Source: Dehalococcoidia bacterium (GTDB lineage Bacteria; Chloroflexota; Dehalococcoidia; UBA2979). Taken from it: DNA of 64,000 nt. The notes under the pieces are model-generated. The model was not told where the DNA came from. It ran no database searches and saw only the letters and a list, made by a program, of their open reading frames with translations. The stretch lies in assembly GCA_965262725.1 (NCBI GenBank), contig OZ253555.1, forward strand, positions 1,826,762-1,890,761. Direction: 5' to 3'. The position numbers and the translations under genes were made by a program. Shown one piece after another: positions 20,819 to 30,232 of this stretch (positions are counted from its first letter, which is position 1; each line of letters begins with the position of its first letter).

Positions 20819-21604
20819 CTAGCGGCCGCGGCGTCGCTGACGGCGGGCGTAGGAGCGGATCGCGCGCAGAAAGTCGATACGGCGGAATGCCGGCCAGAAG
20901 GCGTCGCAGAAGTAGTACTCGCTGTATGCGCTTTGCCAGAGCATGAACCCGGACAGCCGCAACTCCCCGGACGTGCGAATCACGAGGTCCGGATCGGGCA
21001 CGTCCGGCGCGTAGAGGTAGCGGGCGATCTCCTCGGCGTCGAGGACGCGCGCGACATCCTCGAGCGAGTCGCCGCGCTCTAGGTGGTCGACGACCAGGCG
21101 GCGGACCGCGTCCACGATTTCGTCGCGCCCGCCGTATCCAACCGCCACGAGCAGGTCGCCGCCCGTGTTCGCGGCGGTCACCTGCTCCACGCGCTCGATG
21201 GCCCCGATCGTCGACTCGGGCAGCAGGTCCCGGCGGCCGACCGCCCGGATGCGCCGCGGCAGCGCCGCCCGGCGCTGCTGTTCGGCGAGGCCCTCAACTC
21301 GCGTTTCCACGATCTCGAAGATGGCGTCGAGCTCGGCAGGGGGGCGCTGGAAGTTCTCCGTCGAGAGCACCCAGATCGTGACGACCCTGATGCCCAGTTC
21401 GTCGCACCAGCCGATCAGCCGCTCGACGTTATCCGCACCCTCGCGGTGTCCATCTCCGACCCGTGCGAGACTAGATGTCCGCGCGAAGCGGCGGTTGCCG
21501 TCGGGCAGGATGCCGACGTGTTGCGGGATCGCGCCTCGGCGAACATCCGCCTCGAGCTGTCGCTCGTAGTAGCGATAGACGAGCCCGAGCAGCATCCGCA
21601 GCAT
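20819..21604 (-). CDS. cis-prenyltransferase, Rv1086-like short-chain (Z)-prenyl (Z-farnesyl) diphosphate synthase
   Basis: Real protein is about 261 aa, starting at the internal MLRMLLGL of the 720-aa ORF. Extended similarity to Rv1086/UppS motifs (HVGILPDGNRRFA, LSTENFQRP, VAVGYGGRDEIVDAV, PDPDLVIRTSGELRLSGFMLWQSAYSE). Start coordinate is within 1 nt. Confidence 0.75.
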   Translation of the reverse strand: MLRMLLGLVYRYYERQLEADVRRGAIPQHVGILPDGNRRFARTSSLARVGDGHREGADNVERLIGWCDELGIRVVTIWVLSTENFQRPPAELDAIFEIVETRVEGLAEQQRRAALPRRIRAVGRRDLLPESTIGAIERVEQVTAANTGGDLLVAVGYGGRDEIVDAVRRLVVDHLERGDSLEDVARVLDAEEIARYLYAPDVPDPDLVIRTSGELRLSGFMLWQSAYSEYYFCDAFWPAFRRIDFLRAIRSYARRQRRRGR

Positions 21605-21907
21605 GTGCGCGCCTCCCCGCTTGCGGCGTGCGAACAGTCGGAGACTGTGCGTGGCCTGGAGCGGAAGGTAGCGAGTCGCGGCCCCCCACGGAAATTGCGC
21701 GGCCGCATGATCGTGAGAACCGACTCGCCGGTGCGGCTGGCTCATCCTTCTCTCTCCGGTCGATTCCTGGACGGGTGGCGCGCGTACGAAGACGTTCGGT
21801 CGACATAACCTGGCGGAGACGGCGGAGGCTGCCGGCCGCCTTGAGAGAACTCCCGGGGCGGGGCATAGTCGCATCGTCGGGCGTCTGCACGGGGCGGGGG
21901 AGAGCAC

Positions 21908-22735
21908 ATGGCTGGACTGACTCTGACTGGAATCGAGAACAAGGTAGCGGTGGTCACCGGCGCGGGCCGCATGAAGAGTATCGGGCGAAGCATCGCCGTC
22001 GAGCTCGCCAAGGCGGGAGCCGACGTTGCCATCACGGGCACGGGGCGTCCGCCCGAGCGCTACCCGGACGACGAGAAGGCCGCTGGCTGGCGCGATGTCG
22101 CCTCGGTCGCCGAGGAAATCGAGGCCGCCGGGCGAAGGGCCCTGCCCCTCGTGAGCGACGTTGGCGACGAGGGTTCCGTGCGCGACCTCCTCGACCGCAC
22201 GCTCGCCGAGTTCGGGCGCGTGGACTTCATCGTGAACAACGCCGGCGCCGCCCGCGGCCCCGACCGAGTCCCTGTTGTCGACATGCCCGTCGATGTCTGG
22301 GACACGGTGCTGCGCGTCAACCTGCGGGGCGCATTCCTCATGTCGAAGGTCTTTGGCCAGCAGCTCATAGATGCCGGGAACGGTGGCGCTATCGTCAACA
22401 TCTCCTCGATCGGGGGGAAGATGCTCGGCCCGAACGCTGCCGCCTACGTCGCGAGCAAGGCCGGCCTCCAGGGGCTGACCGGCTCCATGGCTCAGGAGAT
22501 CGGGTGCCACGGTGTTCGCGTGAACGCCATCTGCCCCGGGTTCGTCGATACGTCGCGCGTGGCCGACCTCTTCGATGATCCGGAGTTCGACGCCCGCGTC
22601 GCGCGCATCCCGCTCGGGCGCGTCGGCCTCGGCGAGGACGTCGGCTGGGCGGCCGTCTACCTCTGTAGTGATCAGGGCTCGTGGATCACGGGCCAGTCCA
22701 TCAACGTGTGCGGGGGCGCCGCGGTCGCGCGTTGA
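21908..22735 (+). CDS. SDR-family short-chain dehydrogenase/reductase
   Basis: TGAGRMKSIG Rossmann motif, plus NNAG and YxxxK (YVASK). Confidence 0.8.
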   Translation: MAGLTLTGIENKVAVVTGAGRMKSIGRSIAVELAKAGADVAITGTGRPPERYPDDEKAAGWRDVASVAEEIEAAGRRALPLVSDVGDEGSVRDLLDRTLAEFGRVDFIVNNAGAARGPDRVPVVDMPVDVWDTVLRVNLRGAFLMSKVFGQQLIDAGNGGAIVNISSIGGKMLGPNAAAYVASKAGLQGLTGSMAQEIGCHGVRVNAICPGFVDTSRVADLFDDPEFDARVARIPLGRVGLGEDVGWAAVYLCSDQGSWITGQSINVCGGAAVAR

Positions 22736-23023
22736 CCGGCGAGCGCGCTCCCCTGCAAGCGGTGGTCGGTGGCGACGCGCATCACTGATGCTGCCGGCGT
22801 GAAGCTGCTGCCGACCGCAACATAAGATGGTGGAGGCAGGAGGAGGCTCGGGCCCTCCAGAACCAGGGCATCTGCGGCGCCGCTCAGGGTCGGAGTCGGG
22901 CTGGGCCCGCACGATCCCGTACGGGTTCAGGGCTGGCGTGCCTGGTCGAGACTGGACCCGCGCTGACGTTCGTCGCTTCACGTTGTGTATCGGCCCGAGG
23001 CTACCTTACCCCGGATCCAGAGC

Positions 23024-24937
23024 GCCAGGCTAACTGGCGAGTAGGCAGGAGGTGGAAGTCCTCTATGGCAAAGAGCTAGCCACTCATGTCATTCCGCGAG
23101 CCGTGCGCGGGTCGTCGCGAGGCGGCTTGTGAAGCGTCGGCAGCGGGGTGTGCGGGCGGGGCTAATGAGCATCGAAAGGGCCATTTGGGGTGCCGAGGCT
23201 CTTGGATTGGTCGAAGGCAATACCGGCGACGGCGCTACTGGCGAGTCGTGGTCGGGCCCCACGGTGTCGAAGACCCCATGCACGCACACACGTCTATCGC
23301 CGGGACTTGGGAGAGCTGCGCGTTGTCCCGACGAGTCGTACGCCGGGACCGCGTCGGGAAGGGACGTAAACCGTAGCCGATGATGAACGATGCGCAGCAG
23401 TCTGATGGGGCCGTACGAGCGATGAAGGCGGCGAACAAGGGGGCGCGAGCCCCGGCGGAGTCGCTGGAGCAAAGGGCCCCAACCGAGAGGAATCCTCAAA
23501 GCACCGGCACGGTCCGGACGCAGAGTCGGGGTGCGGTGTCACCCGGAGCGGAGAGGATACGGCAGTTCGTGGAACGGAAGCCGGGAGAGAAACTCACCGC
23601 GCTCTTGCACCACATCACGCCGGAGGCGCTGCGGGAGGCGTATCTCGCGTTGAAGCGGGATGCGGCTCCGGGCGTGGACGGGGTGAGGTGGCGAGAATAC
23701 GGGGACGGGCTGGACGAGCGATTGCTCGACCTGCATGGCCGCGTACACCGTGGAGCGTACCGGGCGAAGCCCGTCAGGCGGGTAGAGATACCCAAGCCGG
23801 ACGGGGGAATACGGCCGCTCGGTATCGTCTCGCTGGAGGACAAGATCGTTCAGCGGGCGGTGGTGGACAATCTTTTGAACCCGATTTACGAGTCGGGCTA
23901 CTACGGCTTCTCGCATGGCTTCAGGCCGGGGCGTTCGGCGCATGACGCGCTGGACGCACTGGCCTACGCGGTCGAACGGCGCAAGGTCAGCTGGATTGTC
24001 GAGGTGGACATCCGGGAGTTCTTCGGCAGCATCGACCGGGGGCGGCTGATGTCGTTTCTGGAGATGCGCATCGGGGACCAGCGGGTGTTGCGCCTGATAC
24101 GAAAGTGGCTGAGCGTCGGCGTCATGGACGCGGAGCCGGAAGTCGATTTCGTGCGGGGGATGCCGCAGGGGGCGCCGATATCGCCGCTGCTTGCGAACGT
24201 GTACCTGCACAACGTGCTCGACGACTGGTTTGCGCGCGAGTGGCGACCGCGGGAGGTCCGGGGCGAGGCGTACATCGTGCGGTATGCCGATGACTTCGTC
24301 CTGGGGTTCCAGCACCGCAGCGATGCGGTGCGGTTCATGGAGGCACTCCGGGAGCGGTTCGCGGCCTACGGGCTGGAGCTGCACCCGGAGAAGACCCGTC
24401 TACTTGAGTTCGGCAGGTTCGCGCTGGCGAACAGGCGGAAGCGCGGGGAGGGCCGACCGGAGACGTTCGACTTTCTCGGCATGACGCACTACTGCCGGAC
24501 CCGACGCGACGGGAGATTCGGGCTGGGGCGCAAGCCCGTTGCGAAGCGGATGCGCCGGACGCTGAAGGCCATCAAGGCCGAGTTGTGGCGGCGCATGCAC
24601 GACAACCCCGTGACGACGGGGCAGTGGCTGGGGCGGGTACTGCGTGGGTGGCTTGGCTACTACGCGGTGCCGACCAGCTCGCCGGCGCTCACGCGGTTTG
24701 TTCGTTTCGTGAAGCGGCTCTGGCTGCGCGTTCTCCGACGGCGGTCGCAGCGCGACCGTTTCACGTGGGAGCGCATCCTTGCCCTGTGCCAGAAACACTG
24801 GCCCCGAATCTCCATCCTTCACCCGTGGCCTGCGGAGCGATTTGCCGTCACGCACTTGAGGTAGGAGCCGGATGCCCGAGAGGGCACGTCCGGATCTGTG
24901 CGGGGGGTGCCGGGCAACCGGCATCCCTACCGCGAAC
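23024..24937 (+). mobile_element. group II intron copy 1 (5'-truncated relative to copy 2; intact RT ORF; domain V at 24865-24898)
   Basis: Near-identical to 48467-51718 apart from the IS insertion there. Domain V GAGCCGGATGCCCGAGAGGGCACGTCCGGATCT and a domain VI hairpin follow the RT ORF. The 5' boundary is where identity to copy 2 starts; no GUGYG at that point. Confidence 0.7.
23380..24864 (+). CDS. group II intron reverse transcriptase/maturase
   Basis: RT domains 0-7 (LHHITPEALREAYLALKRDAAPGVDGV, YADDFVLGF), an X/maturase domain and a C-terminal region. The true start is probably internal; the first ~60 aa likely translate domain IV RNA. Confidence 0.85.
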   Translation: MMNDAQQSDGAVRAMKAANKGARAPAESLEQRAPTERNPQSTGTVRTQSRGAVSPGAERIRQFVERKPGEKLTALLHHITPEALREAYLALKRDAAPGVDGVRWREYGDGLDERLLDLHGRVHRGAYRAKPVRRVEIPKPDGGIRPLGIVSLEDKIVQRAVVDNLLNPIYESGYYGFSHGFRPGRSAHDALDALAYAVERRKVSWIVEVDIREFFGSIDRGRLMSFLEMRIGDQRVLRLIRKWLSVGVMDAEPEVDFVRGMPQGAPISPLLANVYLHNVLDDWFAREWRPREVRGEAYIVRYADDFVLGFQHRSDAVRFMEALRERFAAYGLELHPEKTRLLEFGRFALANRRKRGEGRPETFDFLGMTHYCRTRRDGRFGLGRKPVAKRMRRTLKAIKAELWRRMHDNPVTTGQWLGRVLRGWLGYYAVPTSSPALTRFVRFVKRLWLRVLRRRSQRDRFTWERILALCQKHWPRISILHPWPAERFAVTHLR

Positions 24938-25093
24938 CGGTGACCGGTGTTGAGCCGTGCGGAGGAGCGCGAAGCGGCCGTCGTGTGAGGTGCGGGAGCC
25001 GTTTGTGACTCCCGGAGGAGTGCGCGGCGCTGTCCGGGGCGTGTGATCAGCAGGGGAGACCGGCGCGGAGGCGATTGCGGACAGGCGGGCGCG

Positions 25094-26535
25094 CGGCGCT
25101 GGTCCGCGAGCGGCGAGGGGGAGCGGCGTCAGGTCGGGAGCGGGAGCGCGCGCAGCCGTGCGAGGGCATCGGTGAAGTGACCGGCCCATGGCCAGCGCGC
25201 CGGCAGATGGAGCGTGAACCGACGAGCAGAGCGGGTCAGCCGCCCGACGAGAGCGAAGAGCCGCCGCCGGAGCGTCCGGGTGGTGACGATGCGCTCGCCG
25301 AGCCCGAGCCGCGCCGTCCAGCGAGCGAGATTGTGGGCGATCACCTGGACCGCGAGCCAGGCGCCGTTGGCGGCGAAGCGGCCGGACGGCAGGTGATTGA
25401 GCCCCACGCCGTACTTCAGGTCGCGGATCGCGTTCTCGACCTCGGCGTGGCGGCGATGGTCGGCCTCCAGTTCGAGCGTCTCCCCGTCGCGGTCGGTGAT
25501 GAAGGCGTGGTAGCTATACGTCGCGAAGAGAGCGAGCTGCGAACCAGGCGTCGGCCGCACGCGCCGGACGATGAGCCGCACCGGGACGGCGTCCGGCGCG
25601 TGTGCGAACGGCGTGTAGGTCGTCTCTGAGACATCGGCGCCGCCCTCCAGCCAGTACGGGATCGGCGTCCACTCCTGTTCGGGAATCGCCTCGGTCAGCT
25701 TCCGCAGCTTCGGATGCTGGCGGATCGTGACCGAGAAGCGGACATCCATCTCGCGGCAGGCAGCGACCACCGCGCGGGAGTAGAAGCCGCTGTCGGCGCG
25801 CACCGTGAGTTGCCCGTTCGCTCCGGCATCGCGGACTCGACCCACCGTCTCCTGTAGGAAGTGGGCGGCGCCCCGGCCGCTGTACGCACGACCCCCGCGC
25901 AGCCGGGCCATCAGCACGTCACCCGTCCCGGCCGCCACCGCGAGCAGCGGGTGATAGCCGCGCGCACCGGTGTAGCCGGGGCGCTGCGCCCCCTCCTTGG
26001 CGAAGCCGTAGGTCTCGCACACCGTCGAATCGAGGTCGATGGTGAATGGCGCCTCGCCGGGTCCGGCCCCGGCGGCCCAGGCGCGGGCAAGCAGCGCGCG
26101 ACTGACGCGGTCGAGCTGGCGGACGTGGCCCCAGCGGAAACTGCGTAGGAAGGTGCCGAGCGTGGATGGCGCCTTGACGGTGCATCCGAGAACGCGCTCT
26201 GTGCCGCCGGCGCGCAACGCATCGGCATCGTCGATGCAGTCGCCGCCCGCTAGCACGGAGGCGACGAGTGTCGCGACCTTGTCTCCCGCGTTCGCCCTGC
26301 CCGGTGCGTCGCCGAGGTCGAGGTGACGGTCGACCAGCTCCCGCAGGCCGAGACGTTCGGCGAGCGTGGCCGGCAGGAGCAGACCCGCGTGGGCCACCAG
26401 GCGGTCGTCGTCGAAGGCGATCGAGAGCCGGGCGGGGCTGCTCGGTGATAGCATCGAATGGGTGCTCCCTGTTTCCGGTGGATCGTTCGCTTCACGACCA
26501 TTCTCCCAGATTCAGAGGAGCACCCAATTCCCTCT
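25094..26535 (-). mobile_element. IS1380-family insertion sequence (copy A)
   Basis: Transposase 25129..26454. Both termini are homologous to the ends of IS copy B at 51733-53161. Confidence 0.7.
25129..26454 (-). CDS. IS1380-family DDE transposase
   Basis: 441 aa, about 85% identical to the 51819..53144 product. Typical IS1380 transposase layout. Confidence 0.8.
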   Translation of the reverse strand: MLSPSSPARLSIAFDDDRLVAHAGLLLPATLAERLGLRELVDRHLDLGDAPGRANAGDKVATLVASVLAGGDCIDDADALRAGGTERVLGCTVKAPSTLGTFLRSFRWGHVRQLDRVSRALLARAWAAGAGPGEAPFTIDLDSTVCETYGFAKEGAQRPGYTGARGYHPLLAVAAGTGDVLMARLRGGRAYSGRGAAHFLQETVGRVRDAGANGQLTVRADSGFYSRAVVAACREMDVRFSVTIRQHPKLRKLTEAIPEQEWTPIPYWLEGGADVSETTYTPFAHAPDAVPVRLIVRRVRPTPGSQLALFATYSYHAFITDRDGETLELEADHRRHAEVENAIRDLKYGVGLNHLPSGRFAANGAWLAVQVIAHNLARWTARLGLGERIVTTRTLRRRLFALVGRLTRSARRFTLHLPARWPWAGHFTDALARLRALPLPT

Positions 26536-26705
26536 CTTCGCGACTGCATCCACGCTCTCCTTCGGTGCATCCGGGCTTACGGTGCTCGAGTCAGCCGGCG
26601 ACCAGCGTTGGGTGGGACATCGTGTCGGTGTTGGCCCGGGGAGCCGCGCGACCGACGAGGCACGCACGCGTCTTCGTGATCGCGCTCCGCTCGACGTGGC
26701 TCGAG

Positions 26706-26835
26706 ATGCGCACGCGCTCCGAGTTCATCTCCACGCTCGGGAACGGCGTGCCCCGCTTCGCCGTTCTCGCCTGGATCGCGGGTCAGAGCGAGGATTCGAG
26801 CGTGGTCGCGACCGTATCGGTCGGGATCGTGCTGC
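26706..26835 (+). CDS. candidate exon 1 of an intron-split ABC-2 permease gene (hypothesis)
   Basis: Stop-free, GC3-rich frame (MRTRSEFISTLGNGVPRFAVLAWIAG...VGIVL) that ends exactly at the GTGCG 5' splice site of intron X. Resembles DrrB-type N-termini. Confidence 0.3.
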
Positions 26836-27649
26836 GTGCGTCCGGAAGTCGAAGGGGTGGTGACGTGATGACGTGACCGGTCCGGAGACATGCTCGTTGC
26901 TGCCAGCCGGTGAGAGTCCGGCACGGGTAACTGTCAGGAGGCCCGTTAGCAGGTCGGCGGCGTGGACGGGAAACGGTCTGCGTCGAAGCCCGACGTCAAG
27001 AGCCCTATGAGGGGGAGCAAACGTGCGGTCCGCAGCATGACGCGAAGTCTGCCGCGCCGTGAGACTCGCCTGTCTATTGACAGGACCAAGGAGGAGCCGA
27101 GCCCGGGTGGTCAGGGCGAAGGCCATGGACGAGGTGAAGATCCTGGAATGCAGCCTCAAGAAACCTCCCGGCGTATGGGACGTGGAACGTACGGAAGGTA
27201 GCGACGGGAACCGGAGAAGCCCTCCCCGGCCCGGCACCCTGTGAGAGGGCGTCGGAGCGAGGCGTCCTATAACCGGTCAGAGCCGGGAAGTGGACAGCCA
27301 GCCGGAAGGGTGGCGGAGGGGGTCGTAGTACCGCTGGAGCCGGACGGACAACATAACCGCCGGTGATGGGAAGGACCCCTACTTTGTCCGTGCATGTTGC
27401 TGGGGGTGTGGACTGGTGAGTGCCCCTCGGGGCTAGCAACCACTTGGTAGGGTTCGAGGCTCTCCGCACATGCTGTACCGGCTGGCCAAGGCACGACCCA
27501 CGTTGTGGGGAGCGCTGCATGCCATCTGGTGAAGGGCATCGGTGAGCCGGATGAGGGAGAACCTCACGTCCGGTTCGATGTGGCAGGGGCTGGAGACGGA
27601 CGCTGCTATGGCCGTGGAGTTGGGCACCACCGGGAAACCGGCTTGGAAC
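26836..27649 (+). mobile_element. ORF-less group II intron (intron X), related to the domain I of the RT-encoding intron
   Basis: 5' GTGCGTCCGGAAGTCGAAGG aligns with 48121 GTGCGCCTTGAAGTTGAAGG, and the first ~350 nt are about 80% similar to 48121-48466. Canonical domain V GAGCCGGATGAGGGAGAACCTCACGTCCGGTTCG at 27544-27577. No RT ORF. The 3' end is approximate. Confidence 0.65.
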
Positions 27650-27651
27650 TG

Positions 27652-28299
27652 ATGCGCCACCGCCTACGGCTCGCACCGCGCCAGCCCCTGACCCTACTCG
27701 TTATCTGGACGGCCGCGGCTTTCCGCGTCAGCTTCACCCTGCGGAATGAGGCGTTCCTCGGGACGCTCGACCTCAACATGCTCGGCCGCTCGCCGCTGGC
27801 TTTGATCACGCTCGGCAAGGCGGCCGCCGTCACGCTCTCCTTCGTCCCGAACGCGATCGCCGCCCTGATCGTCGTGTTCGCCGTCACGCGCCAGCCGATC
27901 ACGGTCGCGGCGCTCCCTGCGTTCGCGGTCGCGATGACGCTGGCGATCCTCGCTCTCCTCGCGGTGGCGTTCGTGCTCTTGCCGATGCTCTTCATCATTG
28001 GGAACCGCGCCGGCTCCTTCGCCGCGATCACGCCCTTCGGCGCCGTGCTGTCGGGCTTCGTCTACCCGATCGATGTCCTCCCGGGCGCGCTCGAGGTCGT
28101 GGCCCGCCTCATGCCGACGTCGTGGGCGATGGAGACGGTCAGGTGGTCGATCTTCGGCGGCCACGACGCCTCCGACTTCGCCGGCCACTGGGCGGTCGCC
28201 GCCGCGCTGACCGCGCTCTACGTCGCGATCTCCGTGTGGCTCTTCCGGGTCGCGGAGACCCGCATACGCCGGAGCGGCAGCGTGGAGGGCGGGTTCTAG
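27652..28299 (+). CDS. ABC-2 type transporter permease (possibly exon 2 of an intron-split gene)
   Basis: Six predicted TM segments. The ATG at 27652 lies 3 nt after the proposed intron 3' end. Confidence 0.6.
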   Translation: MRHRLRLAPRQPLTLLVIWTAAAFRVSFTLRNEAFLGTLDLNMLGRSPLALITLGKAAAVTLSFVPNAIAALIVVFAVTRQPITVAALPAFAVAMTLAILALLAVAFVLLPMLFIIGNRAGSFAAITPFGAVLSGFVYPIDVLPGALEVVARLMPTSWAMETVRWSIFGGHDASDFAGHWAVAAALTALYVAISVWLFRVAETRIRRSGSVEGGF

Positions 28300-28300
28300 C

Positions 28301-29083
28301 ATGGCGGCATTCGCCGCGCAGTCGCGCCTCTCCTACGTCGCGCTCTTCTACTGGCTCTACCCGTGGGGCTACGTCTCGAACGTCATCCTCGCCCCGTTCT
28401 TCCAGCTGCTCACCTTCTCCCTGGTCGCCACCTACGCGACCGGCGCCGAGTCGGCGCAGCGCTACATGGTGGGCATGATCACCTGGGCGATCGTCTGGAT
28501 CGTGATCTCGGGGATCCTGCAGTCGTTCGCCTACGACCGGGGCTTCGGGACGCTCTCGCTGCTCTTCTCGACGCCGGTCTCGCGGCTGGGCGCGCTCACC
28601 GGCCGTGCCGCGCTGCACTTCCCGAACGGTGTGATCAGCGCCCTCGTGACGATCGCGCTGGCTGCGCTGTTCGCGGGTCTCGACGTGTCCTCGCTCGACT
28701 GGGGGACGGCGGCGGCCGCGGTGGTGATGATGTCGCTCGGCTGTACGACCCTCGGGCTGGTGCTGGGCTGCTGGACGGCGCTCACCCAGGACTGGTTCGT
28801 CTCCAACGCCGCGTCCCACGCGCTGCTCATCACCCTCACCGGCGTACTGGTCCCCACGGCCGACCTCCCCCCGGTGGCCTCCGACGTCGGCGTGCTGCTG
28901 CCGCTGACGCACGGTGTCGAGGCGCTCAGGCAGGCGTTCGCCGGGGCTTCCATCGCCGATGTCGGAGACGAGCTCGTCCGCGAGGGGCTCGTGGCGCTGG
29001 CGTACGGCGTCGCGAGCTACGTCGCGTTTCGTCTGCTGGAGCGCCATGCCCGGCGCACCGGTGCCCTGGAGCTCACGGGCTAG
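28301..29083 (+). CDS. ABC-2 type transporter permease
   Basis: 260 aa multi-TM protein directly downstream, same operon. Confidence 0.65.
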   Translation: MAAFAAQSRLSYVALFYWLYPWGYVSNVILAPFFQLLTFSLVATYATGAESAQRYMVGMITWAIVWIVISGILQSFAYDRGFGTLSLLFSTPVSRLGALTGRAALHFPNGVISALVTIALAALFAGLDVSSLDWGTAAAAVVMMSLGCTTLGLVLGCWTALTQDWFVSNAASHALLITLTGVLVPTADLPPVASDVGVLLPLTHGVEALRQAFAGASIADVGDELVREGLVALAYGVASYVAFRLLERHARRTGALELTG

Positions 29084-29094
29084 GGAGGCTTGCC

Positions 29095-30069
29095 ATGGTG
29101 GACGGGCCAGCGATCGAGTGCGAGGAGCTCGGGCGCCTCTACGAGTCGCGGGGGCTGCTGGGGCGCCGCAGCGAGACGGTGGCGCTCGACGGGCTCACGC
29201 TCGATATCCCGCGCGGCGCGGTCTTCGGCCTGCTCGGCCCGAACGGGGCGGGGAAGACCACGACCGTGCGCATCCTCTCGACGCTGCTGCTGCCGAGCTC
29301 GGGCTCCGCGCGCGTGCTCGGCCACGACGTCGAGCATGAGGCGGGCGAGGTGCGCAAGCACATCGGGCTCGCCCTCGGCGGCGAGCGCGGGCTCTACGGC
29401 CGGCTCTCCGGCCGCGACAACCTGCGCTACTTCGGGGCGCTGCAGCACATGTCGGGGCGTGACGCCGGGCGCCGCATCGACGAGATCCTGGAACTCGTCG
29501 GGCTCGCGGATTCCGGTGGCACGCTGGTCGAGCGCTACTCGCGCGGGATGCGGCAGCGGCTCCAGATCGGCCGTGCGCTGCTCGCGCGGCCCGAGGTGAT
29601 CTTCCTCGACGAGCCGACGATCGGGCTCGACCCGCAGGGGGCTCAGGAGTTCCGGGCGCTGGTGCCGGAACTCGCCGCTGCGGGCGCGGCCGTGCTGCTC
29701 ACGTCCCACTACATGCTCGAGGTGGACCAGCTGTGCGAGACGGTCTGCGTGATCAACGAGGGCCGCGAGGTGGCACTCGGCAGCCCCGCCGAGATCAAGC
29801 GCCGATTCGGCCGCGCCTCGGTGATCGAGGCGCTGCTGACGGAGCTCCGCGAGGGGCTTGTCGGCACGCTCGAGTCACTCCCGGCGGTGCAGCGCGTGGA
29901 GGTCACGAGCGACGGCGGCACGCACCGGGCGATGGTCCACCACGCGCCGGATGCGGATGTCAGCGCCCACGTGACTCAGATCGTGGGCGCTGCGAACATC
30001 GTGCACATGACCACGCGGGAGCCGACGCTCGAGGAGGCCTACCTCGAGCTGATCAGCCGCGAGCGATAG
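29095..30069 (+). CDS. ABC transporter ATP-binding protein
   Basis: RBS GGGAGG. Walker A (GPNGAGKTT), the LSGGQ-like YSRGMRQRL and Walker B (ILDEPT). Confidence 0.85.
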   Translation: MVDGPAIECEELGRLYESRGLLGRRSETVALDGLTLDIPRGAVFGLLGPNGAGKTTTVRILSTLLLPSSGSARVLGHDVEHEAGEVRKHIGLALGGERGLYGRLSGRDNLRYFGALQHMSGRDAGRRIDEILELVGLADSGGTLVERYSRGMRQRLQIGRALLARPEVIFLDEPTIGLDPQGAQEFRALVPELAAAGAAVLLTSHYMLEVDQLCETVCVINEGREVALGSPAEIKRRFGRASVIEALLTELREGLVGTLESLPAVQRVEVTSDGGTHRAMVHHAPDADVSAHVTQIVGAANIVHMTTREPTLEEAYLELISRER

Positions 30070-30232
30070 CGGTGGAGTATCACGGGGCCGTCCGGAGGGA
30101 CGAGCGGCGCGTCTGGCCGAGCGGCCGCTGCGAGTGGGCCTGCGGGGCGCGACCGGACCGCGACGGTGACGGCGTGATGGTTGCCGCGGCGGTGGGTCCG
30201 GAGGGCGCCGGGCCCGGGCTGCGAGCGAGGCG

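Noticed and set aside
23102-23106. GTGCG at 23102 as the 5' end of intron copy 1
   Set aside because: It is only about 280 nt before the RT ORF, too short for domains I-III. Identity with copy 2 extends 78 nt further upstream. Copy 2 shows the real 5' end is a GTGCGCC 346 nt earlier (48121).
23380-24864. RT gene as a retron or defence-associated RT
   Set aside because: Canonical group II intron domain V and VI RNA motifs immediately follow the ORF. The protein has maturase (X) and intron-type RT0 regions.
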